Below, piece after piece: positions 36,355 through 48,683 of a DNA stretch of 64,000 bases. This stretch comes from Penicillus capitatus (Eukaryota > Plantae > Chlorophyta), in NCBI GenBank assembly GCA_965649825.1, contig OZ287696.1, forward strand, positions 1,770,081-1,834,080. Reading direction: 5' to 3'. A program made the position numbers and the translations under genes. Under the pieces are notes generated by a model. It searched no databases. It was given only the letters and a program-made list of their open reading frames with translations, and was not told where the DNA came from. Position 1 is the first letter of the stretch; each line of letters begins with the position of its first letter.

Positions 36355-36640
36355 TGTCTCTCATGGGCGCGACAAGGGAAGGACTTTGAAGGTAGAGTCG
36401 TGTGTGTCATGAATGGCTATGATCTGAAGGAGATCTCCTTCCTCAACGCAGATCTCTTTTACCTATTGTACAGCTGGATGCCACGTGCCTCCTGTCTCCG
36501 ATGGCATCGGTTCTGTCGTGAGTGTCACATCGTCGTCCAGGTAGAGTACAAACCAAAAGAGAACGGCATTTTCTTCGACGGAAGAAACGTTGGCCGCCTG
36601 GCTGTCTTCGTTGACGTGGCTCTTACAGAGAGAAACAGCT
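36355..36640 (-). pseudogene. Fragment resembling PRMT7-type methyltransferase beta-barrel, with in-frame TAG
   Basis: NAVLFWFVLYLDDDVTLTTEP..TWHPAVQ*VKEICVEEGDLLQIIAIHDT; no SAM-binding part found nearby. Confidence 0.45.
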
Positions 36641-37059
36641 GAACATCCTCTTCGTAATCTTCGAGATCCCACTACGGATGCGTCATGGATTTTTTGAACT
36701 GTTTATTGGAGTCTCTCTTGCATCTATCTGTGGAAAACTGTCGATTCTGTCAGACAAAGTGTCCACACCTGTCGTGTGCGCTTCAGTCGGAAAGCGACAT
36801 CTCGTTGGGCGAGACCCCTTTGCATCTTCAGTCGCACATTTCGCCTTCCTTTCGATCCAGTGCCGACTCGTACTTTGTCGTCTGCACATAGATGATGTCA
36901 TACTCGCCGGAGAAGGCGAAAAGGCAAACGCGTTGCGCTTTGTTTTTGACCGGCGATTCGACTTCCGTAGTGATCAGAGCATCCGTCACTCGCGCCGTTT
37001 CGATGAACCGGCGCGACAATCGCAGTGTTGACCGAGAGGTCGGTCCAAGAAGTGATGGT

Positions 37060-38570
37060 CTACCAGCCGCCACCGTCTTTATATAGCGTCTCTTGCAAAG
37101 CAAAGTAATACTCGGCGATCAGTTTCGATTTCCAGACAGCTTCCCATATTCCTTGGCATTGATTCAGCCAGGACTGCTCACACAACACATTCTGCCTCGT
37201 CTGCTTCAGCATCAACAACGTGCGCTTGAGATCCGTCAAGTATGACTAGAATCAGATCACTTAAGTACTGTCCGATGGAAAATGTCTATGTCCACTTCAA
37301 AGTCGTCCGAGTGCCCTGCGTCGCTTCCGTGACGTCGAGGTTGGGGTAGAGCGAAGAAACTGCTCCAGGGCATGGGCTTGCGCAGACTTGCGGGTTCTGC
37401 CTCGACTGTCGAGCACTCCACGTTGCCTGCGCCTTCGCGTCCTTCTCTGGATCCTTCTCCTCTGCTATGTCGGCGGAGTTTTGACGAGGCCGTTCGTTTG
37501 TCAAACTCGGTTCTCATCCATTCGATGTTCTTCTTGTCCATTTTCTCCTCTGGGAGATTGACGCACACAAAAATGGCGTCTGCCAATGGGCCACCTACGC
37601 GTCCGTTGTGCAAAGAGTGTCAGACGTTTGATCGGGGCTTCGCACTTTCGGGCGAAGACGAGAGAACATCAATCGCAAACAGTTCAGCCGCATTCAACAG
37701 CTCGAAAACCTTCTGATCTTGAGGGCCATCGAACACAAAGAGAACCTGTCACACTTTCAAGCATATACATCCGCACGTGCGTTTCGAGAGAAGGTTCGAT
37801 GGTTCACCACATGACAGACGCAGAGCAGGAATGTCGTGATCTGCAAAGACATGATCTTGTACAGCGCCTCCGATGACGCTTTGGGCGGCCGAGCGCCTCT
37901 CAATGCGGCAACCGAGAGACGCCGTGCAAGTTCCATTGCTGGACTGGCATTCGTTAAGAACTGCAATAGTATGGATGGGGATCCAATAGGCGGTGTATCC
38001 AAAGCAATCACTCTTTTTCCGCTGATCTAGAAGACGCGGAGTTGTGTCCAACGACAAGAGGTAACGATGATACTCTCAAATCGACGCCCTGTGTCGTATG
38101 CTCTCCATTGTCCACGACCTTCTGCGTTGCTTGTTTGAAAGGAGGCAAGTATGAGGTGTTGTCATCTTGGTCTGAAAGCTCTTGATAAACAACGGCTGAC
38201 ATCGAGTCGAAGAAGAGTGAGAAGTGTGACTTACCGCATAGGTAGTTGAGAATAGCACTCTTCCCTACATTTGGCCCTACTCGTGAGATATTGGCGAAGG
38301 AATAGAATCAAGGAGAAGCTGACCCCCGACAATGCCAACGACAATGTAATCCATGTTTCCAGCACGCACACACTGTGCAGCGAATGAACATCTGTTTGTT
38401 TGATAGTGCAGCTGATGACCTTACGCAACGTGTTGCCAATTGCGAACTCCAAGTTCTTGAGTGAGATGAGCTGTAAATCTTTGGCCTACTGAAGAACGTC
38501 TATCGCCGGTTGGCACTCTGTCCCCGACCTGTTCGGCGGAGACTCTTTGCCGTCGAGTGGGTGCCTTCAT
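37060..38570 (-). CDS. SMG9: SMG9-like NMD factor (P-loop), multi-exon
   Basis: Spliced DYIVVGIVG|GPNVGKSAILN, PPFK..HTTQGVDLRVS, VIALDTPP, LQITTFLLCVCHV and LCEQSWL..WEAVWKSKLIAEY. Start codon inferred. Confidence 0.75.
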
Positions 38571-38794
38571 GATACGTGGCTCGGTCATGAGGAGATGCCT
38601 CCCTGGCCAATATAGCACGAGAGGGCAAATTGGCAATGCACGTACCACAATCGAAGTATCGTTGCTAACCGTAAGCCCATCCCGTTGTTGGTCTGTGCAC
38701 GCCCGTCACATCGCACAGACCCGGTCCCTGATGTGACATCCACCTTCTTGGAGAGAATTTCTCTCATGCACACGAGCGATAACTGATCGGCCTC

Positions 38795-40710
38795 ATGAAT
38801 ATGCTTTTCGGTCTAAGACCGAACACCGCACTCGACGTCCGTTGCCATCGCCCACGACGTTTTTCGCAAAGGCATGCCAACCATGTCATGGCAGCTTTGT
38901 TAGCAGACCTGTTTCTGTATTCCTCAGGCGACGAGTGTCGATCTTTCGCTCGGCGAAGAGAACAGGTCGAGATCCGAGCACCCGCCATCTGCGTTGTTGT
39001 TTCATGCTCATTCTCTTTGATCTAACTGCGATGTTCTAATAGCGTAGTTCGCACGGGACTGTCTCTAAATGATTTCCATCACCTAGTGACAACAGAAAAC
39101 GTGGAAATCATCAACTACTTTGGTCTTGTCGTTGTATCGACGGCCTTGGGATTCTATTCTGGACAACAGACGTCGAACAAGACAGGTATGCACGACAGCC
39201 CGTCATTAAAGATTCGCGTTCTCCCATCCCATCCTTTCAGAATCGATCGATTCGATGGAATCTGTGACGACATCAGAGTCGCATCAGCATGAGAGTGTCA
39301 CCACGTTGGAAGTTTCGGTGGTGCCCAGCGCCAATGAGGTAAGAGAGATGACAAATGACAATGAGAAGAACAAGAGGACGGCTGTGCAGATTTGGTCATC
39401 TGTTAGGCAAGATGTGACATCCCTTGTCACTCAAAAGAATGAGGCACCTGGAGTGCAGAGACAAAAAGAAGATCGACAGAAGAAGAAGAGGCGGAGCTTG
39501 TTTGCATCGATGCAGATGGGACTTCAGGCGCTGAGGATTTCTTCCAGACATCAGCTCATTCTCCTCTCGCTGAATGAGCTTGAGCGATCGATTGCGTCGA
39601 TGACTTGGAAAGAGTGCCCGTCGGGTGAGTTGAGAGAGGCCGTGTTAGAAATGGTGATCGCGACGTACAAGGCAACGGGAAAACAATGGCTGGGCTACGA
39701 ACCTGTCTACGAACGCTGCTTTGAAAGGTGCGTTCTCGCGAATCTTGGCGAACAGATCGCCGATGTGTGTTGGAAGGGGAGAAGAGGACGAAGATGACAC
39801 AGAGGAGTGGACAGGCGAAGGATCGTGCCATGGGCAGTGGTATCTTATCGAAGAGAAACTGCCGATATATACTGTCGTCATAAGATACCTAGCATGTCCT
39901 CCGCAGCCCCTCTATCGTCCTCCATCTCTCGACACTGCAAACGAGAGTTCGTTCACGGAACCCAGTCCGTTTGCGACGGATGATCAAAATCCGAAGCCTG
40001 TGAATGGCTTGATTATTGAGAAAGCGAATGAATGGGGAGTGTCTATGAGTGAACGTGTGCGTGGAGGCTGCCTCATCTCTGCATCTCCTCAGATCATTGA
40101 AGACATGGTACTGAACATTGCAGAACTGGTGGCGCTTGAGTATCTGGACCATCTTTGCAACGGGAAGCAGCTCACTTCCATGAATCCAAGCAGGACACTC
40201 AAACTTCAATGGGAGGTTCTTTAACACGCATTGTGTCGCAGATATGTCGGGCGAAGGTTGGCCACTTATTCTGCAGTCCAGTCTACACAATACACGCACT
40301 GTGGAGCGGTTCAGAAATCAGATCTTTCTTGGATGGTGGCTGCACAGGAACATCGCGTCTGTTGTGGCCACGTTTGAAGACTACCACTATCTCTGGGGCA
40401 TCCACAGCGGCAAATTCATCCGTCGAAAGTGCTTTGCCAGACGATCACAGGCATCGCATTCTTTCACTCTGTTCCCCTTTCTCACATCACCTCACAGGAG
40501 CTATCGCGATTGAAGGGGTGGCGTTTGGGCGTGAGCTATTTTCTAGAGGCATTGGATGCTCTCGAGCCTTTCCTTAAGGGTCTTCTGCATCGCATCGGAG
40601 ATATCCTGTCTTTCATTTTGGTGACCTTCATCGGTCGATCGCTAGGATTGATTCTCAAAGGCGTTCAAAGCAGTATACAGATTCCGTGGGGCAAAGCCAA
40701 CAAGCCTTGA
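38795..40710 (+). CDS. DUF3685-like plastid protein, multi-exon
   Basis: TRTVERFRNQ..W..FEDYHYL, ELSRLKGWR..LEALDA..P and FILVTFIGRSLGLILKGV; transit-like N-terminus. Exon limits inferred. Confidence 0.68.
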
Positions 40711-40738
40711 CAGCGCACGGCTCTCTGCAGGGCGTCCG

Positions 40739-41193
40739 TTAGGATGCTGTTTCTGGCGTTGTCTTGGACAGTTCTTGCAAATTTTGCTCGATTTCTTTGA
40801 GTTCGGCCTCGAGTTTCGTCTGACCCGTTTTCAGCACCTCTAACTCCTTAGCAGCAGTCTCGGCTGTCGTTTTTAATCCCTCCAAAATCACATCCTTGGG
40901 TGCCAAGAAATACCTGTCCATGCATCTCCACTCCAAAACAGCACTCTATTGTTGAGAGACAGACGCTCGGCCATTCGATTTATACATCTTCACATCCGTC
41001 GACAGTGTCTGCAGTTGCTCGTTCACGAGGGTGCATTCTTTGATGCTTCTCTCCTTCGTCCTTCGCTGGAGGGTCAGCTGCCAGCCGAGCCATCGTTATG
41101 AAATGACATCTCTATCGTGCTCTGCCGCCTTACCTGCTTGAGTTGTGTGTGTGCATCGATCATGCGTTCCTGAAGACCGCGCAGTGCCTCCAT
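40739..41193 (-). CDS. PFD1: Prefoldin subunit 1, 3 exons
   Basis: MEALRGLQERMIDAHTQLKQ|LTLQ..LQTLSTDVKMYKSNGRA|YFLAPKD..coiled coil. Confidence 0.75.
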
Positions 41194-41231
41194 GTCGCAA
41201 GTCGTTGTTGTACGACAGTGGATCTGGATCG

Positions 41232-43287
41232 ATGTCTGTCGTGGGCACTAGGGTGCGAGGTCTTCCATCCGTCCAAACACCATCGATACCTCGACGACGT
41301 GCATTCTGCAACCCCTTTCCGCTTAAGGTTCGTTATCAGAAGTGAAGAAGCGCGTATAAAGTGAGAGACAGTGGAAGGGGTCAGGTCGATGGGTCAGCAA
41401 AGATCTGCGTCCGACAGAGTTCGTCGTTCGTGCCGCTATGTTTGATAACTTGACGAAGTCTTTAACGAAAGCGTGGGATCTCTTACAGAAGGACTCGAAA
41501 TTGACGCCCGAGAACGTCAAAGGGCCCATTCGCGAAGTTCGTCGGTGAGCAAGTTGCATCATCGCTCGATTGCGACAAACAACGACGTCTTTGCCAGGGC
41601 CTTGCTGGAAGCAGATGTCAGTCTTCCTGTCGTTCGGAGTTTTGTTAAGAGAGTCGAGTTGAAGGCACTCGGTGTGCAAGTGAAGAGGCCGAAAGATGCG
41701 ATCGGCGATCTGAATGGGTCACTCTATTCGTCTAGGTGATCAAGGGTGTCACACCCACTGTGCAGTTCGTCAAGATCGTCAGCGATGAGCTTACGGCACT
41801 GATGGGCGGCGAGCGGTTCGTTCTAGACGAGCCCGATGACGGTCCACAAATCGTGCTGATGGCCGGTTTGCAAGGTGTGGGCAAAACGACCGCCTCGGCG
41901 AAAATTGCCCATTACCTGCAGCAAAAAGAGAACAGAAAAGTGGCAGACGGCAACAGGATCTCCGCCTTCATGTTGTTTGCTGGATAGGTTCTGTTGATTG
42001 CCGCGGATGTGTATCGCCCAGCCGCCATCGATCAGCTCGTGAAACTGGGAGAGAAGATCGAAGTGGACGTCTACCATTCCGATACAGAACGCCGTCCTGT
42101 TGCCATTGTGGAGAAAGGCATCGCCTATGGCCGATCGATGGAGGCAGACACATTGATCGTGGACACAGCCGGTCGCTTGCAGGTGATATCTCTGTCGAGT
42201 GCAATTCTGTGAATAGATGGGTGAACGCGGGCATAGATCAATGAAGAACTGATGAATGAGCTTCGTGAGATGAAAGCGACGGCCAAACCGTCGGACATCC
42301 TCTTGGTGGTTGATGCCATGACAGGACAGGAGGCAGCAGCACTTGTCAAATCCTTTAACGAATCACTCGAGCTGACCGGTACCTGTCTGCCTCTTCATCG
42401 CAGCAAAGCAGATGCGTATCCCCAGGCGCTGTGCTGACCAAGATGGATGGGGACAGCAGAGGAGGCGCTGCCTTGAGTGTGTATGAAGTATCCAAGAAGC
42501 CGATTAAGTTTGTCGGGACAGGAGAGAAGATGAATGCACTGGAGCCGTTCTATCCAGAGCGCATGGCGAGTCGCATCTTGGGAATGGGTGATATGCTGAC
42601 GCTCTATGAAAAAGCAGAAACGGCGATTAAGGTATGGACCTGCGACAATGGGCCCCTCTTCGCCAGTGATGTTGCTCTGCAGGAAGAAGATGCAGCAGAG
42701 ATGGCAAGGAAGATGATGGAGGCCAAGTTTGACTTCAATGACTTTATTAAGCAGTATGAGATGGTGTCCAGAATGGGCTCCATGGGAAATCTCATGAAGC
42801 TGATGCCAGGAATGGCAGAGGTCTCAGAGAAACAGATCTTTGCCGCCGAGAAGCAGTTCAAGATATACGATTCGCTCATCAAGTCCATGCGAAGAGTCGA
42901 ACGCTCCAATCCCGATCTCCTGGCCAAGAGTTCAGCTAGGCGACGTCGCATCGCCAAGGGTGCGGGAAGATCAGAGTTCGATGTCAACAGCCTGATCGGA
43001 ACGTTCGCTGCCATGCGGAGCTCGATGCAGAATCTCACACGTCTCATGGCCCTGCGACAAGGAGGCACAAGTAAACACACCTCTCACACGGACGACGTCG
43101 TGTCATCAGAAAGATCACATCTGATTATGTAGATATTCCTGGTATGCCGTCGCTGTCGAATGAGGAGCTGCTCAATTCCATGGTGGAGAGCTCCATGAGC
43201 TCCATGAGCTCCATCCCGCCAGGAATGGTCCGTCGTCGCAAGGATCGCCGTACGAAATCTGCGGCGCAGATGAAAGTGATGCGTTGA
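41232..43287 (+). CDS. cpSRP54: Chloroplast signal recognition particle 54 kDa subunit, multi-exon
   Basis: Transit peptide then MFDNL; GLQGVGKTT, DVYRPAA, DTAGR, TKMDGD, FYPERMASRILGMGD; M domain; C-tail GMVRRRK. Confidence 0.95.
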
Positions 43288-43380
43288 CTGACAACACTTA
43301 TACTGTAGACTTCCACATAATCATACAGAAGATCTCAGGCATGCATGATCATCAGGGACATCATTATGGAGAGCATTGCA

Positions 43381-44067
43381 TCACTTTGAGAAGAATGGAA
43401 CAGAAATCCATCCCATCATGGCTGCAGCGACAGCAAACAGCGAGAAAGAGACAAGCACACCCATATTGGTATCCCAGGCAACCAAACGGTTATCTACTTC
43501 ACCGCCGTTCTTAAAACTCTCGATCTCTCTCTTCACCGTCTCTATGTCTTTGCCTTGTTTTAGCAGTTCTCTTTGCATCTGATCCTCGAATCTCTTCACC
43601 AGGTCTGGAAACATTTTCCGGAAAGTTGGATGTTTGACGTTGTACTCCAACGATGCCTTTGCCAATTCGCGTTTCTTTTTCGAGGCGCTTGTGATGCTCC
43701 CTGTTGTGGCTTGCGTGTCATGGAGAAAAGACAGGAGTCCTGCCAGGATGGTTCCAACACTCCACACAGGGTTCCAGCTCTCCGGATGGTAATCCGTCAT
43801 CGACATACAGATTTTCATATTCGTCGCAAAACGCCCATTCGGGGTCAACAGCAGAATCGACGGCGGTCGAAAGGGATAGTCTGTCGTGAACATAATCTTG
43901 CCGTGATAGTATCCACCTTCGTAGTCTGTTCCTTTGGCGCCTTCCAATACGAAGTGCCACTCGAGGAGATTCGTTGGCGTCGGCAGGGCTGTCACATTAT
44001 CGACGGGTTCGCGCATGAGTGACTTATATTCGCGCTGTAGACGGACATAGCACCCTCGATTACTCAT
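43381..44067 (-). CDS. UBC6: Tail-anchored E2 ubiquitin-conjugating enzyme (Ubc6/UBE2J2 class), intronless
   Basis: RLQREY, LEWHFV, YHGK..YPFRPP, TPNGRF..KICMSMTDYHPESWNP; C-terminal TM segment. Confidence 0.93.
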   Translation of the reverse strand: MSNRGCYVRLQREYKSLMREPVDNVTALPTPTNLLEWHFVLEGAKGTDYEGGYYHGKIMFTTDYPFRPPSILLLTPNGRFATNMKICMSMTDYHPESWNPVWSVGTILAGLLSFLHDTQATTGSITSASKKKRELAKASLEYNVKHPTFRKMFPDLVKRFEDQMQRELLKQGKDIETVKREIESFKNGGEVDNRLVAWDTNMGVLVSFSLFAVAAAMMGWISVPFFSK

Positions 44068-44103
44068 CGCGCTGTCCTCCGCGGCAACCGGCACAGGGAG
44101 AGA

Positions 44104-45751
44104 TTAGACGGAATCTATCACTGGCATCGAACGCATGTCGTCAATTATCAGTGCCGAAACGACGGTCCCGATGTCGAGCACACCTTCTCTCTACACACAG
44201 CGGCTGCTCGAGGGGACGGATGTGACGCAGGTGCACGGAACCTGTGGTAGCTCGAGGAGAACATTGGCGGAACGGGCACTCAGCAAACGACTGCTGATCT
44301 GCTTACCAGTGGTGACCACGTGAAAACGACCTCTGAAGACATGGAGGGGGATAAGGCCAAGAATGATCAACTGGATCTCACTCTTTCCAATGCGCAATAG
44401 CTCGGGCGAATTCGGGACGATTGGGGTCCAACTGGATGCTGTTGTCGAGTTGGACATCGATGCGACGCAGTCCAGGTGTTTTCCATCCTTGGAGTCGGTA
44501 GAGAGCGGGCAGGACGAAAATGTGAAAACAGGCATAGCTGCTTACTGGATTGCCTACGCAACGGATCATTTAGATCATTGCACTCTTTGGATGAAAATGT
44601 CGCCTACCAGGTAGACCGAAGAAAAGGGCTCTATGGCCTTCGGCCTCAAGCGTTGCGAACGTCAACGGCTTTCCGGGTTTCATCTTCACTTTGCCAAAAT
44701 GCACCGTACCCATGGATTCCAATACTGGTTTGATGGCGTCCTTTGATCCCATAGATACGCCGCCTGCATTCTCACAGTCACATATTTGGGTTGCAAAGTG
44801 TAAGATGTGTGACCAGAGCAGATGATCACATTGATCTGATGTGCCATGGCGGAATGGATCTTCATTCGGGTTTCGACCTCATCGTCTTGTACGATGCCCA
44901 GATCCATTGTGTCGAACCCAACCTCTCGACAGGCAGAGAGAAGCATGGGTCGATTGGCATCGCGGATTTCACCGAACTGCACTTCCTTTGACGACGTAAA
45001 GTCCACCAATTCATCGCCAGTCGACAGGATGGCGATTTTTGGCTTCCGGATGACTTGGACGGAAGGTTGGGCCACAGTGGCCAGCAATCCAATCTCGGCT
45101 GCCCCGATTTTGTCCCCCGCTGTCAATATCTTGGCTCCTGCTCTGCAAACCCACTTCTTAATAGAACACTCGCCATCCCTTGTATCATGTACTCGATGTC
45201 GGAGCCGACAGGTCGAATGTCTAAACCCGGTGTTGCCTTGACATTGATTTTGACGTAATCTGCCCCGGAGCGTTGTCCCAAGAATTCGGTGTCCTCGATT
45301 TGCACCACAGCATCGGCTCCATCAGGCACAGGTGCACCTGATTTCAAGGAAGAGCATACAAGAGAAGAGGGAAGCTGTAAGGAACCTGTGGCAATGTAAT
45401 CGACCGTCCCTGGGTGTAACTGGACTTTTCCAGACTTCCCAGCATAACACACCTTCTCAACGGGATACTCTCCCGGACCATCTTCCGAATTTACAGCATA
45501 CCCGTCCTGTTGTCGACATCTTTCTCATCTCTTGTCGAGCTCGTTGGCGGGCAAACTTTGATAGAAGCCGGAAAGGGTGGAAGGGGATCTGTTGCGTGTA
45601 CATCGATCGCCGCGACGTATCCAACCGCCGCCGGTGTCGGCAACGTCGTTATCGCAAGAGGCGCACTCGCGTCCAGCACAATGCGTTGCGCTTCGTCGAC
45701 AGAGATCATGCCATAAGAACTGGCAGGAGTTGCAGGACAACCCTCCGTCAT
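44104..45751 (-). CDS. CNX1E: Molybdopterin molybdotransferase, E domain only (MoeA-like), multi-exon
   Basis: MISVDEA, LPPFPASIK, GAPVPDGADAVVQIEDT, STGDEL, DANRPML, KMKPGKP, SSRLLS..ANVLLELP; last exon ends TAA at 44104-44106. No G domain. Confidence 0.92.
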
Positions 45752-45825
45752 GACGCACGCACGTACGAACACTATCAACAACGGCGGTGGCCAAAATCAC
45801 ATAACACATATAGCATCGTCATGCG

Positions 45826-46575
45826 TCAGTTTCGGTAAGTGGGCAATGTCTTCGAGAATTCTTCTTTCTCCTCTTCCTGCACTTGAGGACCTTCGACATT
45901 CGTCGGCGTTGAAGCTTTAAAGCGCCGCCGGGATCCGCATCCTAATGATTGACGCGTGCTGACGCCTGTTATGGGATTGGTGCCATCGGCATAACGACAC
46001 AGCGAGATCTGCTGCGTTCGATCGAGAAGCGCGTTCGAAAAATCGGCTCCTTCGATGTCGGCTTTGTTTAGGTCACTGCGTGTGAATACGACTCTCTGGA
46101 GAATACTGTTCTTCAGGTTTGCTTCCACTAGAACGGCTCGGTCCATGAGGACATCGCTCAGATCGGCCCCTTCGAAGTTGGCTTGGTAGGTCACAGTTTT
46201 GATGAAGTAAGCCCCGACGAGTTTTGAATTCTTGAAGTTGCATTGACGACAATCTGCGGCGGTGAAGTTGGAACGGGTGAGGTCTTGGTTTGAGAAATCG
46301 CGTCCTCGAAGGTCAGCTTCGCCGTACTGCTGGGCCGTGCCAATACCGAACTCGCCTCCAGCTGCCGCTTCGAATTTGTTGAGATCGGCGAGAACAGGTG
46401 ACGTGCTGAACAAGGCGCCTGCTGCGAGGACGCTTGCACTGAAAAGACCCAGTCGTGTAGCAGGACTCCTGTCTTCGGCTTCGGGAAGGACTCGACACAC
46501 GGTACGCGAGACGTGTCGCCGAGTGGACCGCGTCGCGATCGCCGGTGCTATGCGATTATGCGCGACAACCTTCAT
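45826..46575 (-). CDS. Thylakoid lumen pentapeptide-repeat protein (TL20.3-like), intronless
   Basis: Bipartite transit peptide ending VLA|DLNKFEA..GEFGIG.AQQYGEADL; pentapeptide repeats; LCRYADGTNP.TGVSTRQSLGC. Confidence 0.92.
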   Translation of the reverse strand: MKVVAHNRIAPAIATRSTRRHVSRTVCRVLPEAEDRSPATRLGLFSASVLAAGALFSTSPVLADLNKFEAAAGGEFGIGTAQQYGEADLRGRDFSNQDLTRSNFTAADCRQCNFKNSKLVGAYFIKTVTYQANFEGADLSDVLMDRAVLVEANLKNSILQRVVFTRSDLNKADIEGADFSNALLDRTQQISLCRYADGTNPITGVSTRQSLGCGSRRRFKASTPTNVEGPQVQEEEKEEFSKTLPTYRN

Positions 46576-47566
46576 TGCGATGATCTGACAGCTTGTGGGG
46601 AGCTGTGATGCGGTGGTAGTAGACAAAAAAGCCCGTAGTCCGTAGTGGAATTTCACAAAGCATTTGATGATGGAGCGATGCGTGGTCTTTTGGTTAAGGA
46701 CTGCCGATTCTTGATTCCATTTGCCTGCAGTGTGTCAACTGTAACTTGTGTGAAATGTTAGACGAACCTATTACATCATGTATTTCACGGTTCCAGACGA
46801 AGCAGAAAATCAAAGTGTTCAGGTTTATACATGCTTCAGGAATTGAGACTGTTGAGCGGGAAAGCACTGGAAAGAGCGTCTCAATTCGAATGAAGTTCGC
46901 CTAACAAGAGATGAGCGTTTCTGAAGCATCAAGGAGACTAGTTCTCGCTCTGTATAAAGAAAGATAGACAAATCACGAGAAACAACAAAAGAAACCATAT
47001 CATGCGACAACCAAGATGGCAACGCAAATGTAGGTAGATACTCAGCTTGACCAATTCTTCGTTTTTGTCGTCCGTTTGAGTCCCTACCTTGCATTGCACA
47101 AAGGAGAAAGATGGAAGGAATAAACTTTGAAAAAGAGGGCGTTAACGATGATCTGTTGAAGTGACATTCGCCGATGTTATAGGAAAAAGCAACAGGTTCT
47201 TAAATAAAATGCTGCGCGGTGACGGGATGAAGTGTAGTCAGCTGATCCAAGGGTTCGATTAGCTAAAGCCTGAAGGACCAGAGGATCAATTATCTACAAA
47301 GTGAAGCTTGTGGCAGAGCCACTTGAGCTCTTCCGGTATCAGAAGCTCGTGGAGAAGTTGCCCTTGAGATCGGCAAACTTCTTGGTGTCCGAGACAGCAC
47401 TCTGTTTTTATCGTTCCTTGAGTTGCGTTGTGTTCTTAGCGATTGTTGTGTGTTCTGTTGTTATCTTTTCTCCACACTTTCCACTTTCGAACTCTGACTG
47501 TAACTCGATTTCTGCGAACCTTCCCCTGTTCATTCCGACGAGTATTGCTGGGCTCACCATAAGTGT

Positions 47567-47640
47567 TGTCATGATAATGAAGGGTAGGAGAGGAACGATT
47601 CAAGAAGCACCACATACATCCTCACAAGAGGCATGATGAC
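47567..47640. repeat. Second copy of the left end of the 17262 solo-LTR family
   Basis: TGTCATG..ATGAAGGG..TTCAAGAA..CACAAGAGGCATGATG is shared with 17262-17330. Confidence 0.65.
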
Positions 47641-48350
47641 GACATGACGTCATATATGTCGCGCATTTGGAGAACGACGCGATTACGACGAAGACTTATC
47701 GGTTACAAAGACTGTCGAAACGTTCATTAGTTCGGATTATATACGCGTCAAACGTGCACGAACGTCATATCAATGCGTCTCCGTGGTAGCTGCACGAAGG
47801 TGAGCAGCTGTTTGCTGACAATACACAAATATAAGGGGGATTAAAAGCCATCCTAAAAACCTGTCTCGTTTCTTTCGCATTTTCGCTCGTACCAAAATCC
47901 TCCCTATCTATGTCTTGCGTTAAAATCCATTGCATTTACGTCTGCCATGTCCAGAATGCCGAGCACGAAATAAAACAGTCGTAAGCTGTGTATCCGTGAT
48001 GACCACGCTCTTTTTTATAACGCAATTAAACTATTGCCGCGATCAAGAAATGAGCATGGCTGATACTGGCATTTGTATTTATCTCACTCGCCATCGGTAT
48101 GATTCATTAGCATTTACTTTTTGGCATTGTCGTCTGTCATCGCCGAAATGGCCGCTCGGGCTGACAGAACCGCCAGCCACTGTACGACGCATTACCATCC
48201 GGTGACATGCACATGCTCGCTATGCGCTACAAGGCACTTCAGAATTCCGCTTTCCGACTAAAGTCCCGTGCGAGTTCTTGACACTTGGATTTGAGATCAG
48301 CAAAACGTAAGTTGACAGAGAACAAACACACCGATGCTTGCCATCCCAGT

Positions 48351-48683
48351 TCAAAAGCATGCCAAAGCTGTGATCAATATGACAGCCAGAGTGGTGTACA
48401 CCAATGTGGCGACGACACTGGCACGTCCAGCCAATCTCTCATGCGGTTGATTTGAATACAACCCAAGCATGCCACAAAGGAGGAACAATGGCGAAAAGAA
48501 CAAGCCCATAAAAAAGAAAAACATGTAGACACTACAAAACGGCTCGGCCTTGGACGGGACGACCTCTTGGACCTCCAAAGCGATGATGCGATTCGAAGGG
48601 GCGACAACAGTGTCGACAGGTCTTGTAGAGATTGCGGCCTCAGAGGGATCTTTGTTCAACAATGGTTCCCTTGCCGCGGCCAT
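48351..48683 (-). CDS. Small 2-TM protein, paralogue A (110 aa)
   Basis: REPLL..EPFCS-TM(FFFMGLFFSPLFLLCGMLG)-HERLAGRAS-TM; clear similarity to paralogue B. Confidence 0.8.
   Translation of the reverse strand: MAAAREPLLNKDPSEAAISTRPVDTVVAPSNRIIALEVQEVVPSKAEPFCSVYMFFFFMGLFFSPLFLLCGMLGLYSNQPHERLAGRASVVATLVYTTLAVILITALACF

Noticed and set aside
11538-36440. Reassigned TAG/TAA code (as in some Ulvophyceae), suggested by in-frame TAGs at 11538, 15998 and ~36437
   Set aside because: Long conserved genes (NACHT, FAD6, the 657-aa exon) contain many Gln and Tyr codons but no internal TAR. LHCB4 and CNX1E end in TAA, and SMG9 and the NACHT gene end in TAG. Isolated nonsense changes explain the cases better.
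47335-47346. PBS-like GGTATCAGAAGC
   Set aside because: It lacks the TGG start and no LTR end lies directly upstream.
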